DNA of 64,000 nucleotides from Hypanus sabinus. Taxonomy: Eukaryota. The notes below the pieces were generated by a model. The model did not search any database and was not told the DNA's origin. It saw only the letters and a list, made by a program, of their open reading frames with translations. The stretch is from the NCBI RefSeq assembly GCF_030144855.1, contig NC_082718.1:110670001-110734000 (forward strand), written 5' to 3'. Shown here piece by piece: positions 62,630 to 64,000 of the stretch (the first letter of the stretch is position 1; each line of letters begins with the position of its first letter). The translations under genes and the position numbers were made by a program.

Positions 62630-62912
62630 ATGGAGGAGGAGAGAGGGAAGGAGAATGAGGGAAATTAGAGAAAGAAAGAAAGGAAGAGAGACTCACATAC
62701 AGGCACAGGGAAGGGTAGAAGAGTGGAGAGAGAGGAGTGGAGAAAGAAAGAGGAGAAGGGGAGAGAGACAGGATAAGAGAGGGGGAGAGACAGGGAAAGA
62801 AGGAGATCAGAGAAAGAGAGGCAGAGACAAAGAAAGAGAGAGGAAGAGATAGAAAGAGAGAAAGAAGGAGAAATCGATATTAAGTCAGAGACAGAGGAAA
62901 AGAGAGAACAGA
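62630..62912. repeat. GA-rich polypurine low-complexity tract
   Basis: Direct inspection. Confidence 0.9.
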
Positions 62913-63589
62913 GTTTGATAGAGATTGTCACAGGGTCCCCAAGCCTCACACACAATAAATGTGTGACCACTGGCCAAAAGGTTCCATCTTTAGTGATCCA
63001 GGAAAGACCCTGCAGGACACAAGTTCATGTGTGATAACTCCCAACATCACCATCGTTATGAAAGCCTCAAATACCTTTGGACATTTGCCTTTGGTGATTA
63101 GCTTACAGTCAATGGAGAGTTTGCTGCCATTAACTCTGGTACACTCTGCTCAGTCTGGTGTGATTCGTGCACCACACAGACAAACAGCATCTGCAGATTG
63201 CCCAGCAGAAAGGTTCCCCGGGGCAGCATCCTCATGCATGGACACGTACAGGAAATGATGACAGGAAGAGTACAGCCACATCTTGCCCTCCTGTCAAGCA
63301 CCCAGTGAACTGTGCAACTTCAGTATGAAGGGAAACTTCAAATGGGTGCAATAATTGCAAACCACCCGGCTTTTAAACACTGCTTCTTCACTAGTGCATC
63401 AAAACTTTTCCAAACCTCGATGACAGATTTCACTGTCTCTCCGTGCATTCTGCTGCTTATCTGCTCTTCAGCCTTGTTGAACAATGTATTTTGATTTCCC
63501 TAAATACCATAGCAACATAATTGGTATTGACGTTGGCGTCTGCATCAACATTCATGGCTCTGGCTATACTGTTGCTGATTGCAAAGCTG

Positions 63590-63975
63590 TCATGATAGTC
63601 ATGGTAACAGAAAAGCCTACAGAAAGTAATGGATACAGCCCAGTCCATTACAGGAAAAACCCTCCCCTCCATTGAGCACATTTACAAGGAGCATTGCCTT
63701 CAGGAAAGCAACAGCCACCATTAAGGACTCTACCATCCAGCCCATGCTGATTTTTTTTCTCACTACCATCAGGAAGGAGATACAAAAGCCTTCAGTTTCA
63801 CACCACTTGGTTCAGGAAATCACTACCAAGGACTCCACAACTCACATTTATTTACTTATATGTATTTGCACATTGGTCATCTGTCAGTCTCTGTGGGTAG
63901 TTTTTCATTGATTTTATTTTATTTCTTGTTTCTATCGAGAATACCTGCAAGAAAATGGTGCTCAGTGTAGTAGTA
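63590..63975 (+). mobile_element. Rex1-type 3' fragment
   Basis: aagcctacagaaagtaatggatacagcccagtcc...ctaccatcaggaaggagatac..; same family as 7930-8495. Confidence 0.75.
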
Positions 63976-64000
63976 TATCTCCATCTGGTACGAAAGCAGC

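Noticed and set aside
62655-62970. Arg/Glu-rich and Ser/Leu-rich ORFs
   Set aside because: Translation of a GA low-complexity tract.

Overview
This is vertebrate (eukaryotic) genomic DNA with no prokaryotic gene architecture. The repeat content includes many 5'-truncated CR1 LINE ends, V-SINEs, Deu-domain SINEs, Rex1/Babar LINEs, Penelope-like elements (PLEs) and Tc1 transposons. This points to a cartilaginous fish, probably a ray (inference from recalled families, no database search). Roughly half of the window is degraded and often nested transposable elements. Every long ORF is a retroelement or transposase fragment, or an artefact of a stop-free minisatellite. No host protein-coding gene can be identified; two weak candidate exons are noted. 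Repeat-free islands rich in homeodomain and TALE motifs suggest a large intron or gene desert with enhancers. The most interesting signal is a family of PLE-derived termini carrying a minimal type-I hammerhead ribozyme. One copy (7346-7383) is apparently intact, about ten are decayed mainly at CpGs, and several lie in fold-back or inverted arrangements. Other notable items are non-autonomous 5'+3' 'bipartite' LINE derivatives, a minisatellite born inside a Rex1-type 3' end, a multi-layer nested TE, and junction hairpins that look templated. Boundaries of old elements are approximate, and family names come from motif recognition.
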